DNA of 62,751 bases, counting the filler, from Chiloscyllium plagiosum (Eukaryota): assembly GCF_004010195.1 (NCBI RefSeq). It is 4 parts of 2 records of this genome, joined end to end, with 100 filler letters (N's around TTAATTAATTAA, not from the genome) between each part and the next. Parts side by side here need not be neighbours in the genome. Positions count along the whole stretch, not along the records: positions 61,234 to 62,751 come from NC_057716.1; 3 more parts are not named here. The stretch is one strand, 5' to 3'. Below, piece after piece: positions 61,234-62,751 of this stretch. Below the pieces are notes generated by a model. It was not told where the DNA came from. It ran no database searches and saw only the letters and a list, made by a program, of their open reading frames with translations. The first letter of the stretch is position 1, and the number at the start of each line of letters is the position of its first letter. The position numbers were made by a program, and so were the translations under genes.

Positions 61234-62751
61234 CACACCGGGCCCCTGCCCCTGTTCCCACACCGGGCCCCTGCCCCTGTTCCCACACCGGGCCCCTGCC
61301 CCTTTTCCCACACCGGGCCCCTGCCCGTGTTCCCACACTGGTCCCCTGCTCCTGTTCTTACACGATGCCCCTGCCCCTGGTCCCACACTGGGCCGCTGCC
61401 CCTGTTCCCACACCGGGCCTCTGCCCCTGTTCACACACCAAACCCCTGCTCCTATTCCCATTCCCCTGTTCCCACACTGGGCCCCTGCCCCTGTTCCCAC
61501 ACCGGGACACTGCCCCTGTTCCCACACTGGGACCCTGCCCCTATTCCCACACCAGGCCGCTGCCCCCGTTCCCACACTGGGCCGATGCCACTGTCCCCAC
61601 ACTGGTCCCCTGCCCCCGTTCCCACACTGGGCCACTGCCACTGTCCCCACACAGGTCCCCTGCCACAGTTCCCCCACTGGGCCCCTGCCACCGTTCCCAC
61701 ACTGGGCTGCTGCCACTGTCCCCACACTGGTCCCCTGCCCCCGTTCCCACACTGGGCCGCTGCCACTGTCCCTACACTGGTTCCCTGCCACAGTTCCCCC
61801 ACTGGGCCCCTGCCATCGTTCCCACACTGGGCTGCTGCCACTGTCCCCACACTGGTCCCCTGCTCCTGTTCCCACATGGGGCCCCTGCCCCCATTCCCAC
61901 ACTGTGCTCCTGGCGCCATTCCCATACCAGTCCACTGCCTGTGTTCCCACACTAGGCCCCTGCCCCTGTTCCCACACTGGGCCCCTGCCTCTGTTCCCAC
62001 ACCAGGCTGCTGCCCTTGATCCCACACCAAGCCCCGGCCAAGTTCCCGCACTGGGGCCCCTGCCCCCGTTCCCACACCGGGCCTCTGCCCCTATTCCCAC
62101 ACTGGGCCACTGCCCCCGTTCCCACAGCGGGACCCTGCCCCTGTTCCCACACTGGTCCCCTGCCCCTGTTCCCACAACGGGCCTCTGTCCCTGTTCCCAC
62201 ACCGGGTCCCTGTCCCTGTTCCCACACTGGTCCCCTGCTCCTGTTCCCACACTGGGCCCCTGCCTCCATTCCCACACTGGGCCTCTGCCTCCGTTCCCAC
62301 ACTGGGCCACTGCCCCTGTTCCCACACTGGTTCCCTGCCCCCATTCCAACACTGGGCCCCTGCCCCTGTTCCCACAGCGGGACCCTGCCCCTGTTCCTAC
62401 ACAGGTCCCCTGCCCCTATTCCCACACCGGGCCCCTGCCTTGGTTCCCAAACCAGGCCCCTGCCCTTGTTCCCACACAGGGCCCCTGCCCTTGTTCCCAC
62501 ACTAGGCCCCTGTCCCCATTCCCACAGTGGGGCCCTGCCACTGTTCCCACACCAGGCTGCTGCCCTTGATCCCACACCAGGCCACGAGCCTCGTTCCCAC
62601 TCTGGGCCCCTGCCCACGTTCCCACACCGGGCTCCTGACCCCGTTCCCACACTGGGCTTCTGTCCCCGTTCCCACACTGGGCCCCAGCTCTCATTCTCAC
62701 ATCGGGCCCCTGCCCCCGTTCCCCCATCGCGCCCCTGGCCCCGCTCCCCCC
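61234..62751. repeat. 25-bp GC-rich minisatellite (consensus ~GGGCCCCTGCCCCTGTTCCCACACT)
   Basis: About 60 diverged units at a strict 25-bp period. Confidence 0.97.

Noticed and set aside
61186..62727. Long G/P/C/W-rich ORFs of up to 388 aa on both strands
   Set aside because: Open frames arise from the stop-free 25-bp minisatellite
61234..62751. CRISPR-like regular repeats
   Set aside because: Units are contiguous with no unique spacers, there are no cas genes, and the context is eukaryotic

Overview
Eukaryotic, repeat-dominated DNA from a cartilaginous fish. The many HE1-type V-SINEs and HER1/CR1 LINEs point to a shark, probably a bamboo shark (inference). I can support no host protein-coding gene: every recognisable ORF is a transposon remnant (CR1, L2, Rex1/Babar, Penelope-like RT and GIY-YIG, Harbinger) or a tandem-repeat artefact. 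The most structured signal is a set of at least four Penelope-like element (PLE) families whose 3' repeats carry minimal hammerhead ribozymes (CUGAnGA, stem II, GAAA, palindromic stem III, NUH). Many occur as tiny 75-250 bp inserts, often head-to-head palindromes, with 10-15 bp target-site duplications and breakpoints clustered at the ribozyme's 5' edge. Between repeats lie several repeat-free, homeodomain/Sox/TCF-motif-rich blocks resembling vertebrate conserved non-coding elements, suggesting a gene desert or large intron. The window ends in a (GA)-rich 20-bp array and a 25-bp C-rich minisatellite. Three 100-bp gaps contain an artificial TTAATTAATTAA scaffolding linker. Coordinates of decayed repeats are approximate and were read by eye, with no database searches.
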